From Entomortierella parvispora E1425 (taxonomy: Eukaryota > Fungi > Mortierellomycota): 64,000 nt of DNA. Position 1 is the first letter of the stretch, and each line of letters begins with the position of its first letter. The position numbers and the translations under genes were made by a program. The notes beneath the pieces are model-generated. The model was not told the DNA's origin, made no database searches, and worked only from the letters and a program-made list of their open reading frames with translations. This document shows positions 27,818 through 39,712 of the stretch, in pieces. The stretch lies in the NCBI GenBank assembly GCA_020891255.1, contig BQFW01000006.1, positions 2,356,001 through 2,420,000 on the forward strand, in the 5' to 3' direction.

Positions 27818-30599
27818 ATGTCCTGGTTGCACTCCAAGAGTAAGAACAATGAACAGGACGCCTTGGACCTTCTTGCCCCTCACTGTCTTCCCGAGGATAC
27901 AATGTTTCTCGTTCGTCTGCGCACGACAGCCATGGACTGATTCTAGGATGATGACCCCGACAGCCTCAGACTGGACCAGGAACATTCATGACCCACCCTC
28001 ATTCAGCCCTTAGTGCGTTGTTCGACAAAGACAGAGCAGCCCGTATGTGCGACTAGACTACATCAATGACGGCAACAAATATAGCCAGGACAAGTACAAC
28101 GACGTCAAACCAGGGGCGCAAGGAAGCATAGATGCATGGCTGCAGAAACACGGACCAGCAAAAACAGGGCAGGGCAGGATTCGCAAGGGGACAGGCTGGC
28201 TGGCAGACTTGCAGACTGGCAGACTGGCAGACAAACAAATACAAAACCAAAAAAAAAAAAAAAGAGAGACCCGCATCTTTCAAACCAAGGAACTGAACTC
28301 TTCCCCTTGCCCTCTCTCTCCCCCTTCTGTCTTCTAGAACACAAGGAAAAGGAGCGTGAGAAGGAGCGCGAGAAAGAAGCTGCAGCCCTGTCTGCCAACT
28401 TCAACTCGTCTCTCCACATCAAATCCTCCGGCTCCCCCCCACCGAGGTCGTCGGACGGTAACGGCCATTCTCATGCTGGATCCTCCTCCTCCACACACTC
28501 TTCCTCCACGGCTGTCCCAGGAGGTAGCTCGCCTTCATCCTCTGTCCAGACTCTGCCGAATGGCGCCAGTTCCAACAGCAAGACGGAAGGTGGAGGAGCT
28601 GCCAAAACCGGCCTTTTGATTATCCGCGTTGTTGAAGCTCGAGGACTGACCCTTCCTCCTGGATCCACCAACCCGCCTTTTGTACCCAAGCAACAGCCAC
28701 AGCAAACCACCAACAGCAACCGAGAATCTCTTCAACGGAAATGGTGGCTGCCCTATGCTGTTCTGGAGTTTGACAAGAACGAGGTCTTGATCGATGCACT
28801 GGGAGGAGAACTCTCAAACCCCGTCTGGCAGTACAGAGCTCATTTGTAGGTGAAATTGAAAGATGAAAAGGGAGAGGACTAATTGTCTCCCATCGGGCTT
28901 ACAATCTACTGAAATTGGCACGGCAAGGATCAGGGACACAGGAGCCACCCGCTTATGATTGAAAGACATTTCTCTGGAAACGGACCAGGCGTTCTTTTCT
29001 GTCGACCTGTGACTAACTTTGTCCTCCAATTCTACTATTTCTACACAGCGATGTCTCTCGCGTTTCGGATGTGCAATTATCCCTTTATATCCGTATCCCC
29101 AACCCCAAGGTCATGGCCTCACTGGAGAAATCTGACAACATGCGTGAGAGTGAAACCTCGAGCGAGGATGTGTTCTTGGGCCATGTGAAACTAGACCCCC
29201 GCTGGGACGAACAGATGCAGGATGACTGGTTCACCCTCCTTGGCGGAACCGGAAAAGTGCGCGTGCAGGTCACTTATAAGCGGGACAACGTAAGCTTTAG
29301 GACGAATCGGATTTCATTTCTCATACCAGGAACTGCTTGACCAACCTTGTAGTTCTACTCATTGAACCTTTTAGGCAAATACCCCATTGACGATCGACGC
29401 ATTCGATCTGCTTAAAGTGATTGGAAAGGGAAGCTTCGGAAAGGTAGTGCTACGCTATCGAAAAGTCTGCTCCATCATGTCCTTCATCCTGGTATCGTGG
29501 CTCACTTTGATTTTTCTGTTGGTCCGTGACATTATAGGTCATGCAAGTTCGCAAGCGCGACACATCCCGAATCTATGCAATGAAAATTATCAGAAAGGCG
29601 CACATCATCTCTCGCAGCGAGGTCAATCACACACTGGCGGAACGAACAGTGGCAGCCCAGATCAACAATCCATTCATTGTCTCCCTCAAATTCTCTTTCC
29701 AGTCACCCGAGAAGCTGTATCTCGTTCTTGCGTTTGTGAACGGCGGTGAGCTGTTCCACCATTTGCAGCGGGAGGGACGGTTCAGCGAAGAGCGATCTCG
29801 ATTTTACGCAGCCGAGCTGATGTGTGCTCTCGAGTGTCTACACGGATTCAATGTGGTATACCGAGACCTCAAGCCCGAAAACATTCTGTTGGATTACACA
29901 GGTCATATTGCACTTTGCGACTTTGGACTGTGCAAACTGGGCATGACTGAAACCGAGACGACAAACACATTCTGCGGCACGCCAGAATACCTTGCTCCTG
30001 AACTATTGCTCGGTCAAGGCTACACCAAGACAGTAGACTGGTGGACGTTGGGTGTATTGTTGTATGAGATGATGACAGGACTGCCGCCATTCTATGACGA
30101 GAACATTCACGAGATGTACCGCAAGATCTTGCAGGACGAACTTCGATTCCCAGACGACGTAGCACCAGATGCACGTTCACTTTTGACGGGATTGCTTACC
30201 AGGGATCCTAACGAGCGTCTGGGCAACAATGGATCAAGTGCGATCAAGCAACATCCATTCTTCAAGCCAATCTCATTCCCTCTGTTGATGGCCAAGAAGA
30301 TCCAACCTCCTTTCAAGCCCTCTGTGACATCTGCAATCGACACTTCCAACTTTGATGAAGAGTTTACGAGCGAGGAACCATTGGATTCAGTGGTCGAATC
30401 AAGTTTCTTGAGCGAGACGGTGCAACTGCAGTTCAAGGGATTCACTTATAACCCAGCCAACGATGGCGTCTTGGGCGCGAGTATAGCAAATCACCATGGA
30501 GGACCTCTGGGAACATCTTCAGACAGGGATTCGAGGACACTGGCGTCTTCGAGCCGCGCTGGAGCAGCCATGGGGCAATCCTCGAGAGGGGGATACTAA
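27818..30599 (+). CDS. YPK1: AGC Ser/Thr kinase with C2 domain, Ypk1/Gad8-like; multi-exon
   Basis: MSWLHSK start plus micro-exons, C2 region (LIIRVVEARGL, PYAVLEFDKNE), GKGSFGKV, YRDLKPEN, DFGLCK, TFCGTPEYLAPE, hydrophobic motif FKGFTY. Confidence 0.92.
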
Positions 30600-30997
30600 G
30601 GAGGGAATCAACGAGCGAATTACTTCCAAGGCCAGGAGTGCGTCTGTTGGAAAAGATATCAGAGGAGCAACAGCACCAACACATCACTCGAAGGCATCGT
30701 AGAAAAAGAAAATAAAAAAAAAAAAAAAAAAACACTGACAGTGACTCGTGGTGTTTTTGCAACTGACGGATGGCCAGGCGAATGAACCCGCCAAGTTCAC
30801 ACTTGGTCCGCTGCAACGATCCCCTGCAGCGTCTACACTGGGGGGTCCTTATATCGATCATGACGAGCTGGAGAGGTGATTTTTTTTTTGCGGCGAAAAT
30901 TGGTGGCAACTTTATTAAGGGTCTAAATTCGACTCGAAGAATCAATGGTATAAAGACGCCATCCTCCCACCATGGAAACCATCGGGAACAAGTTCTG

Positions 30998-31071
30998 GCT
31001 TCCGTGGCGCAATTGGTTAGCGCGTCTGACTGTTAATCAGGAGGTTGGTGGTTCAAGCCCACCCGGGAGCG
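30998..31071 (+). tRNA. tRNA-Asn(GTT)
   Basis: GCTTCCG/CGGGAGC acceptor stem, TGGTTAG D-loop, TCTGA-CTGTTAA-TCAGG anticodon arm, GGTTCAAGCCC T-arm. Confidence 0.97.
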
Positions 31072-31199
31072 TATAGAGTCCTTCTCTTTTTGCCACTCCG
31101 GACCGAGAATGAAGTGCTGGGATTGAATCTTGGTAAGAGGGAAAGCGGCAAGATCAGTTTTTTGTTCGTGGACGACAAGCGAATTCATCTTATTGCTGT

Positions 31200-32212
31200 C
31201 TATCTAAAAACTCTATCCTTTTCCTGATGGGGGTTGCTTTCGACAGGAAAAAAGTGGATGAGAATGAAGAGGATCATGCTGATGATAGACACAACAATGA
31301 CAAACACCTTTCGCTGGTCAGCAAGACTGTTGTTGTCTCTGGAGTCCTGCCACGACTTTTGGTGCTCCTGAATTTGTCGGTCCAGCCCTGGTAATGGGTA
31401 TTTTTCAGCGAATTTGGAAGCAACATCTCCGTTCCAATGGTACATCTGAACTGGCCCCCGACCTGACAGAGAAAAGGTGATCCCAACATTAATTAAAAAA
31501 AAACGAAATTCGAAAAAAAAAAACTCCTGTCAAGATCTTTTCCAAGGAACCGGGTCCCTAATCAGATGCGAGGGCTTCTTCTTACCTGTGTCTTCGTCCT
31601 TGAGATCCTGCTGCTGTCCGATGCAAACATTCTCTGTCCGAGCTTGACGACATACGCGCTCCCATTCTCGAGCTAAAAAACAAAGAACAAGATCAATTTT
31701 TTTCCCTTTTTCTTTTCTCTCTCTCTTTCAAGGAGGAGGCGCGGTGATCACTGCATCTTACTGGTAAGGACTATGTCCTTGTCCTTGAGATCCTGCCTCT
31801 GCCTGATGAGATTTTCGTGCTCCCTCTCAAGACGACTCCGACAAAGAGTTCTGTCCATATCATACAAATCCATCTTGTGGAACTGCTGAAACGCTTTTTG
31901 GGGCACCATCCTGGTTGGATTGATAAAGTCGCATTCCTTCAACAGATGTCGGATGATCAGTTGATCCTGCTCAGTCTTGATTATGGCCTGGTTCAATTCA
32001 GCGCGTTGAACTAAAAAATGTCCTTGGTCCTTTGAATGATGTTTGTACTTTTCCTCTTGACAGGCCCCATGCTGAAGAAGCTCATCATAACCCCGCATGC
32101 AGCCTTCACAACACAACGACTGCTGGATATTCGTAGAGGAGGCGGTGGTGCTTCCTTCATACTGCGAAGAGGTCCACAGTCCGGGCTTGGTGGTCGAAGA
32201 GCCTCTTTGCAT
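31200..32212 (-). CDS. hypothetical coiled-coil protein with C-terminal TM segment (tail-anchor-like); 3 exons
   Basis: Three exons join in frame through GTAAG..AG introns; last exon has VFVIVVSIISMILFILIHFF. Confidence 0.6.
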
Positions 32213-32510
32213 TATGTTTTATCACCGTAGAAGGGGACGAGGTGTGGAAGTGGAAGTGGAAATGGAGAGGGGGACAAGGGATGTGGTGGAGAGAAAGGAA
32301 GAGAGAAAGAAGGCTCGAAGAGATTAAAAGGGAGACGCTCCCCGAGAGTGCTGATGCACAAACAAAAAAAAACCGCCACGTTTCACAGAGTGTTGTCCTT
32401 TTTTTTTTGTCCTTCAGATGAGATCACTCGCGCTCCGAACACGTTTGCTCTATGACAGCCAGCAACAAGACTCCTGATAAATGTTCATTGCAGTTTGACG
32501 GCCTTTATTC

Positions 32511-34755
32511 TTAATAATCTTGAGGATGCTCATTATCGTAAAGGACAATGGAGGGCTTCAGCTCCTTCAATCGCCTCACCAGTCGTTGAAGAGACTCGAT
32601 CACATCTGCTTCTGGTACAGTTTTCCGTGCACCAGGAACATTCTTTGTCGCGTTGATCCAGCGTTTCGATGCACATCCCTTCAACGCGCAAAGATCGGGC
32701 CAATGTTTCACCATCCACTCGGCCTCTTTTTCTTTCATCCGATGATCAAGATTACCGATCCCAAGAACACGTAGGTTTTGAAGTGACTTCAATTGATCCA
32801 GTCCGTTTTCCAAGTTGAAGTCCAGTGAGTTGTCGCACCGTTTATAAGAATCCCTCCAGGCCGGCACCAGTCTAGAGTCGCCGATATCAAGGATTCGAAG
32901 CTGCCGGAGCTGAGCAAACCGAGCAAAAACCCGTCTTTGGATATGTCTGGATCGTTCCTGCAACTTCATCAACCCGCTGTACTTCATGTGCCGGGGTGTC
33001 CATGCGTCCTGTTCGCTCTTGCCCCTGTCCTCGACTTTCACGTCTGGTGGTGGACCTGCTGCCATAACTTCCTCCTGTTGCTCTGTCAGTCTCGGAATGC
33101 CGACCACCGAGCATTGAAGTTCTCGTAACTCTGTGCAAATCCAGGGCTTATGAAAGATCTTCGTGGCCGCCATCGCCAATCCTTGTCCTTTCAGTACTCT
33201 GAGTCTTGGACAAGTTGTCGTAACGAGTGTAACGAGCTCATCAGAGCAATCCTGACGGGCACAAAGGGACAGCTCTTCCAGAAGCGACAGGGGAATATCA
33301 ATGATACACTTCATGATATCTCTGTTGATTTTCCCAAGGTGCAATCGAGTCACATTGGTCATTTGTGGCAAAAGGACAAAAAGGGCTGATTGTCTGAATG
33401 GGAGAGTTTGCATGCCCGGAGTGCCAAATTGCTCCAAACTGAGATGCCATGGCTTCTGTCGCAGCGGCTGTACATCCTCGTGCAGCCCGTCATCGCCTGG
33501 AGAACGAATTTCATCACGATGTCGATTCTTGCAAGCGTTGATATGGCTCACGCTCTTGATCCTGGGCATCCTCTCCAGTAAAGCTGGGAGCTCGTAGAGT
33601 CTCATGATTGGATATTCCAGTACCGTTAACGCCATCCACTGAATGGAGGCCTTCACCAGTACAAGAGGCGAACCACCGCATTCAATTCGAAGGGTCTTGA
33701 GCTTCCAGTTTTCAGAAAGAGCTATCTCTGAAGCTGGGCTGTTCTGCACCATGTCTACCTGCAGATGCTCGAGGGATGGGAAGAAATCCTGGATGAGCAT
33801 TGCTATCAATGTATTGCTCACCCTGCCCATCCTGAGTTTTCGGATCCTCGGATTCACGAATAGAGCTCGGTAGCTGCCATCGAAATCATCCTCCTGCAAG
33901 AGACGGTATGAGTCGAATACATTGACAAAGGTTTGCTCTGGAAAGTCCAGCGATTGTAAGGCGCTTAGTCCGCACTGGGCAATGATCGGCAAACCGTGCA
34001 GCCCATAGTCTGGTGAGGTGTCTAGTCGCAAGTGTTGAAGACGAGGCATGGACTGCAAAACGTCGGCCAGGAACCGAGTTCCTTTTGAAGCATGGGATAG
34101 AGATCGCACGAACAATGACGAGGCGGCCTCTCTCTCCACCACCACTCCATTCGCGTCTTTTTTTTCGGTGTGCATGGGAGTGACCAGTTGAAAAGAATGA
34201 GTAGACGAGGAAATGTGGCTAGTATTAAAGATACCCGATATGAAAACCACTTGGCGGAGAGTCGATTGATGATAAAGGATAAGCTGCCAACACGCCCTGA
34301 CTTGGTCCATTATCTTGCTCAGACTGCGGTCCCTATGATAGTTGGGACTGAAGAGAGCTTCCACGGGCACGTCTCCGAACCTGTCATCCAGCTTTTTGTC
34401 GCTGAAACAGTCAACACCCTTCTCCTCGTCATCTCCGTCGGTACTCAGAGAGAACCCCGTGGTCATGTCCTGGCCAAAGCTCATCCAGATTCCCCCAAGG
34501 TTGAAATCGATAGAACGAAGCTGCGGGCGATGGGTCGGCGTTTCTTCGTTCCTTTTATGAAGCTCCAAAAAAAGATGGACGGTGTAAAACTTTTGCGAAG
34601 ACAGCTTTTGGACCAATGGACCGAGTTTCTTGAAGAGTAGGAGAGCCTCTCTCCGACAGTCCTCTGTCAAAGATGCATCTGGCTGGTATCGAAGAGGAAT
34701 GGCGCATTGAAGGATTCGATGCCATGGTCCCGTTTGATCACTACATGAACTCCAG
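32511..34755 (-). pseudogene. F-box/LRR-type gene, C-terminal part (interrupted by LTR element)
   Basis: Long open frame with LRR-like repeats (LQHLRL, LEHLQV, LRILDIG, LRVLGIGNL); joins in frame to the F-box fragment at 39824-39995 when the element and one TSD are removed. Confidence 0.85.
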
Positions 34756-34866
34756 TGCAATAGGAGTATCGAGGGTGGAGTGGAGACAAGAAGTCAGTTT
34801 TATTATATTGCAAGTTTCTAGCTTTTGTAGGTACACATCGCGTGATGTCACCGTATTCCTGTTACA
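34756..34866 (-). repeat. 3' LTR (111 bp)
   Basis: Identical to 39713-39823; TGTAACA...ATTGCA; contains TATAATAAA. Confidence 0.97.
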
Positions 34867-34878
34867 CCTTCCCCTTTT
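34867..34878 (-). other. polypurine tract
   Basis: AAAAGGGGAAGG immediately before the 3' LTR on the minus strand. Confidence 0.9.
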
Positions 34879-37800
34879 AAAAAATGATACCGTGCTGCTC
34901 TTTGAAGGTTGTGACCAAGTCCATGCAGTTGTCCAAGTTGCTTACTGGGAGCCATTCGTCAGCTTCTCTGCCGTAGCCTTTGAATGACACTAGGAACTGG
35001 TGTTGTCTGCGGTAGAAGCGGTACTTTAAAATTTCGTCCACTTCATACTCCTCTTCGCCGTCAATTACAGTGGGATCCACGGGGGCAGGAGCTCGAATGC
35101 CGAGTGACTCCGGGGACGGCAAATAGGGTCGAAAGGTATCAACGTGGAAGACGTCATGGATTTTGTAGAATGGTGGCAGCTCGACGCGGAAGGTGACAGG
35201 TGAGTGTTGCTCCAAAAGTGTGAACGGGCCAAGGAATTGAGGTCGAAGTTTATCGGCTGGTCTGATACTGTCGGCAGGGATGGTGATATTGGTGGCACGC
35301 AGCAGGACCTTATCGCCAACCTTGTACTTGTGATCCCGTCGTCGCTTGTTTGCCTGTTGCTCCTGATGATCCTGAGCACGCTGCAGAGCATCCTGGGCCA
35401 GGGCAAGGGTGGTCGCCTGCTCAGTCAGGAAGGTATCGACAGTGGGGACTGAGCTGCTGGGTTTACCGAGGAGAGCGGTGGGGGAGACGAGGGTGCTGGC
35501 CAGAGTTGAGGAAGAACGGCGAGTATCCCGTGGATGCATTGACAGCGTTGTTATAGGCGAATTCCAGTGACGGAAGGAGCTGGTCCCAGTTAGACTGCTT
35601 GTTGTCAATAAACGCTCTCAACATAGTCTTCAGCGTCTTGTTCATAACCTCTGTCTGCCCATCCGTCTGTGGGTGGTAGGCGGTTGACAGTGCAAGTTTG
35701 ACATCCATTAGCCTGTGCAACTCTTGCCAGAATCTACTAGTGAATCGAGTGTCGCGGTCCGAGATGATGGATGTTGGTGTGCCATGCAGCTTAAAGATGT
35801 TGTCAAAAAACTGGTGGGCGACGTCGACGGCTGTGGCAGAGGTAGTACTGGGGACGAAGTGAGCTTGCTTGGTCAGCTTGTCGACAAACACTGTGATGGC
35901 GTCAAAATTTCTAGCTGTGGGCGGAAGAGGGCCGATGAAGTCCATGGTGACTACCTCCCAACGTTGCGAAGGAATGGGTAGCGGTTGCAAGAGTCCAGCT
36001 GGTCGATCCTGTGAGTCCTTGTTCCTTTGACACTTCTCGCAGGTTGCTACATACTGCTGGGTATCCTTGGCGATGTGGGGCCAATATACGAAACGGCGCA
36101 GGTTGTCGTAAGTCTTTTGAAAACCAAAGTGTCCAGCAGTGGCAGAGTCGTGAGCGTCGTGCAAGAGAGTGAGGCGGATCGGGGAGTGCCGAGGGATGGC
36201 CAGGGTGGTTGCTCCACGTCGGGTAAAGTAGAGGAGGTTGTTCTGGAATGAATATCCATTGGCAACCTTCCCATCCAGGCAATCCTTGTAGATGGGTCCA
36301 AGTCGAGGATCGTCGTTGTAGTCCTGGACAAGCTGGTCACGGACGTCCGGGGACAGGGAGACGCTGAGGTTGTATAGCTCAACAGGGTCAGGCTCGCGGT
36401 AGTCCGGTCGTCGGGAGAGAGCGTCTGGGACGATGTTGTCAACTCCTCGCTTGTACTTGAAGTCAAAGTCGTATTCCTGAAGCAACTCCATCCAGCGAGC
36501 CTGTCGACGAGTGAGTTTGGGCTGTGTGGGGAAGTGGCGGAGGGTGGCGTGGTCGGTGTGGACGCTGAACTTGGTTCCATCGAGGTAGTAGCGCCAAGTG
36601 CGGAGCGCATGGATGACAGCCAACAGTTCCTGCTCATGGACAGGGTAGTTCCGCTCAGCTGACTGCATTTTTCCTGGAAGTGAATGCGATGGGATGGGTA
36701 TTCCCTTCCCGGTCAGTCTGCAGCAGCACTGCACCGATGGCGAAACCGGATGCATCTGTTTCGACAAAGGTGAGAGATCGGGGTCGAAGATGCGGAGGAC
36801 GGGGGCGGAGCAGATGGCGCGTTTGAGCTGAAGGAATGCAGATTGTTGTTCGTCGGTCCATTTGAAGGGAGTGTTGTTGGCGAGGAGGGAAGAGAGAGGG
36901 AGGGCAATCCCTGCAAAGCCCGATACGTACTGTTGATAAAATTGCGCAAGCCCCAAAAATTGCTGGACGTCCTTTGTGCTCTTGGGGGTGGGCCAGTCAC
37001 TGATGGCTTTGCTGAGCCCGGCCGATGTTTTGATCCCGTCCTTCGTGATGGTGTGGCCCAAAAATTCAGTTTCGTCTTGCATGAAGGAGCACTTGCTCAA
37101 TTTCGCGTACAGACCGTTCTTGCGGAGGAGAGCCAGGACGCTTCGGAGATGCTGCAGGTGTTCTTTCTTTGTCTTGGAGTAGATCAACAGATCGTCGAGA
37201 TACACGACAACCCATTTGTCCAAGACTGGATCGAGCACTCGCAACATCATATTGGAGAACGAAGCAGGAGCGTTAGTAAGGCCAAAGGGAACAACATTGA
37301 ACTCAAAGTGACCATAGCGACAACGGAAGGCAGTCTTGTGTGTGTGTGGTTCAAAGATACGCTGCTGATGATAACCGGATAACAAGTCCAACTTGGAGTA
37401 ATAGCGTGCTCCACGGAAGCGGTCAAGAAGCTCGTCGATACGGGGCAACGGGTGTCTGTTCTTCCTGGTGATCTTGTTGAGGCCACGGTAGTCGACGCAC
37501 ATTCGGAGTGTGCCGTCCTTCTTCCGCACAAAGAGCACGGGGGCGCCATAGGGAGAGGTACTGGGTTTGATAAAACCTGCTGCTAGCAATTGGTCCAGTT
37601 GTTTGCGAAGTTCGTCAAGCTCGGCGATTGAAAGTCTAATGACAGGGCGGAAGGGTGGGTCGGCTGTCGGGTCGGTCTCGATCTTCATAGCATCACCACG
37701 GTCTGGGGGCAGGCCGTCCGGGAGTTTCTCCGGAAAGACATCAGCGAACTCTTCCATGACAATGGACCGCACCTCTGGGGGTCATATCGGGAATTGTACG

Positions 37801-38695
37801 CGGTTGGTCAGTTTCTTCAGAGGGCTCTGGGGTGTTGCGAATAAGGGCCAGGAACACCTCCGAGCCGGGCAGGGTTGCCATGGAATGAAAGTGCATGTGT
37901 GTGAGGAGGAGTCCTTTGGTGCGGCTTTTGGATGTGATCGGCCTTGAAGCCGCGGCAGCTCCATTTGACATCGATTCCATTGTGAGTGAAATGAAGATCG
38001 TTGGTGCGCCAATTGATGCAAGGGTTAACTTTGGTGAGCCAGGGTTTGCCAAGGATGAGGTCGTATTTGTTGAGAGGATAGAGAATAGGGTTGAGCGAAT
38101 CGGAGTAGTCGCTGCGGTTGAGGGTGATGGGGACGGTGTGTGATGTGAGGGAGGAAGAGCCATTGGGGAGGAGGATGGGGATGGGCAAGCATTCAGTGCG
38201 GAGGAGCTGGTGTCGCTTTTGAAAAGACGAACTGATAATATTACCTTCTGCACCACCATCAATCAGGATTCTGGCAGCGTGGCCATTGACAGAACCGATG
38301 AAAGTGAGCAGTTGGCTCTCTGCCTTTTGGACAGTGAATTCGTGTAGGCGAATCGCACGACGCTTCAACTTCTTCAACTGACTTTTGGACAGAGGTACAC
38401 TAGGTGCCGGCGGTACAGCGAGAGGGTCCGGTTCATCTGTATCGGAGGATCTAGGTAGAGGAGCGGACAGGGCAACTGGAGCGGGCGAGGCAACAGGTTT
38501 TTTGGTTTGGTTTTGGTTTCGGTCCGATAGAACAACCAGAGCATCGTGGATGTGAGTTCGCTTGTCATGATTGGAGTCATGTTTCTGAGGTGTAGAATCA
38601 AGTGAAGTTTTATTTGAGGTACTTAGCTCAGGGTTGTTGGCTACAGTTTCGACAACTGGGGTCCGGACCGACCCTAGTTGCCGGAGGCTTTTCCC
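34877..38695 (-). CDS. Pol polyprotein (protease, RT, RNase H, integrase, chromodomain), with five apparent single-base indels
   Basis: ILIDGGAEGN (PR), LRMCVDYRGLN, FGLTNAPASF, VYLDDLLI (RT), TDASGFAIGAVL and ELLAV (RH), HDSATAGHFG..C..C and VTMDFI/QTDGQTE (IN), YEVDEIL..LVSFKGY..W.P..NL (chromo). Confidence 0.93.
38651..38695 (-). promoter_or_regulatory. -1 programmed ribosomal frameshift signal (G GGA AAA + hairpin)
   Basis: Slippery heptamer at 38689-38695 in gag frame, 6-nt spacer, stem GGCAACT/AGTTGTC plus GGGTC/GACCC; the -1 frame is open into the protease. Confidence 0.85.
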
Positions 38696-39594
38696 GAATC
38701 AGGGGATTCACCCGCGGTTACTTGATTAATTCCTCGGCTGCCGTTGCCGTACTTAGGGCAATTGGGACTGATGTGACCCAATTCGCGGCAGCGGAAGCAG
38801 CCACCGTTACGTACAAGGTACTCTCGGTCGGCGGCGGTCAGGGGTGCGGGGCGATCTCGAGAAGGGTTGTTAGTACCGTTGGTGGGGCGGTTCTGTAAGG
38901 AGCGGTGAAGGGTGCCGAGTTGCTTGTGGATATTGTTGAGTTGGATATGAATATTGTCCACTTCCATTGCGTTGGGGTCGGTGATACCAGCAGAGGATCC
39001 CGAGGCAGCCAGTGCTTTGGCACCGAGTGATGGGTCTTCAGTGTGGAAGATACGACCGAACTCCTCCGCGGCCTTAAAGAGTCTGGGCAGATCTATGGTG
39101 TCGTTGCCTGCATTAACAATGGCCACTTCCAGCATCTGGCGAAGCTGAGTAGGTGCACCACTGAGAAAGGCAGTGCGGATAGTATCGTTGAGAACTGCGT
39201 TGTCGGCGTAGTAAGACTGGAGGAGTAGGTGGTATTCACGGGCTTTGGTAATATAGGCCATGACGTTGGAGATGTTCAGTGGCAGTGTCATTTTCATTTG
39301 CATTGTGAGGGCGAGAATGTGCTCCTTAAACTTCGCAGGGCTGAACTCGGCGGCAAGGAGCTCGCTGAAATCCGGGAATGAGGTGTCGGATGGCTTGTTT
39401 AAGAGTGCCCACCAGCCGATAACCTCATCGCCGGCAAAGGCAAGGGTAACCCCGACCTTGCGAGATTCGGCAATTCCAGCGCCATCGAAGAAAAAGGTCA
39501 TGCGTTTCAGAAAACCGAGAACAGAGAATCCGTCGCGCTTGCCGTTGAACGGTGTTGGATGAGGGAATTTGAATGACGGTGTCGCGGAGTCCAT
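38674..39594 (-). CDS. Gag
   Basis: ATG 39594, capsid-like PTPFNGKRDG..FLKRM..WW, C-terminal zinc knuckle CFRCRELGHISPNC. Confidence 0.92.
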   Translation of the reverse strand: MDSATPSFKFPHPTPFNGKRDGFSVLGFLKRMTFFFDGAGIAESRKVGVTLAFAGDEVIGWWALLNKPSDTSFPDFSELLAAEFSPAKFKEHILALTMQMKMTLPLNISNVMAYITKAREYHLLLQSYYADNAVLNDTIRTAFLSGAPTQLRQMLEVAIVNAGNDTIDLPRLFKAAEEFGRIFHTEDPSLGAKALAASGSSAGITDPNAMEVDNIHIQLNNIHKQLGTLHRSLQNRPTNGTNNPSRDRPAPLTAADREYLVRNGGCFRCRELGHISPNCPKYGNGSRGINQVTAGESPDSGKASGN

Positions 39595-39681
39595 GTTGGG
39601 TGAATTGTCGAGGGAGAGTTGATCGAAGAGGGATACGAGGGGGTCCAGGGTGTGAGTGTGTCGGAGGGTCAGTGGGTCAGT

Positions 39682-39712
39682 GAGGTCAGTGGATCGAAAA
39701 CCTTTGCTACCA
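39682..39712 (-). other. primer binding site for tRNA-iMet, extended
   Basis: TGGTAGCAAAGG directly after the 5' LTR, followed by TTTCGATCCACTGACCTC complementary to the iMet-type T-loop (GATCGAAA). Confidence 0.85.

Noticed and set aside
38641-38676. UAG-GGU read-through of gag, as in gammaretroviruses
   Set aside because: A second in-frame UAG follows after 10 codons; pol is in the -1 frame
39666-39691. GGTCAGTG triple repeat as a CRISPR-like array
   Set aside because: 8-bp units without spacers in a eukaryotic retroelement; better explained as primer-tRNA boxes
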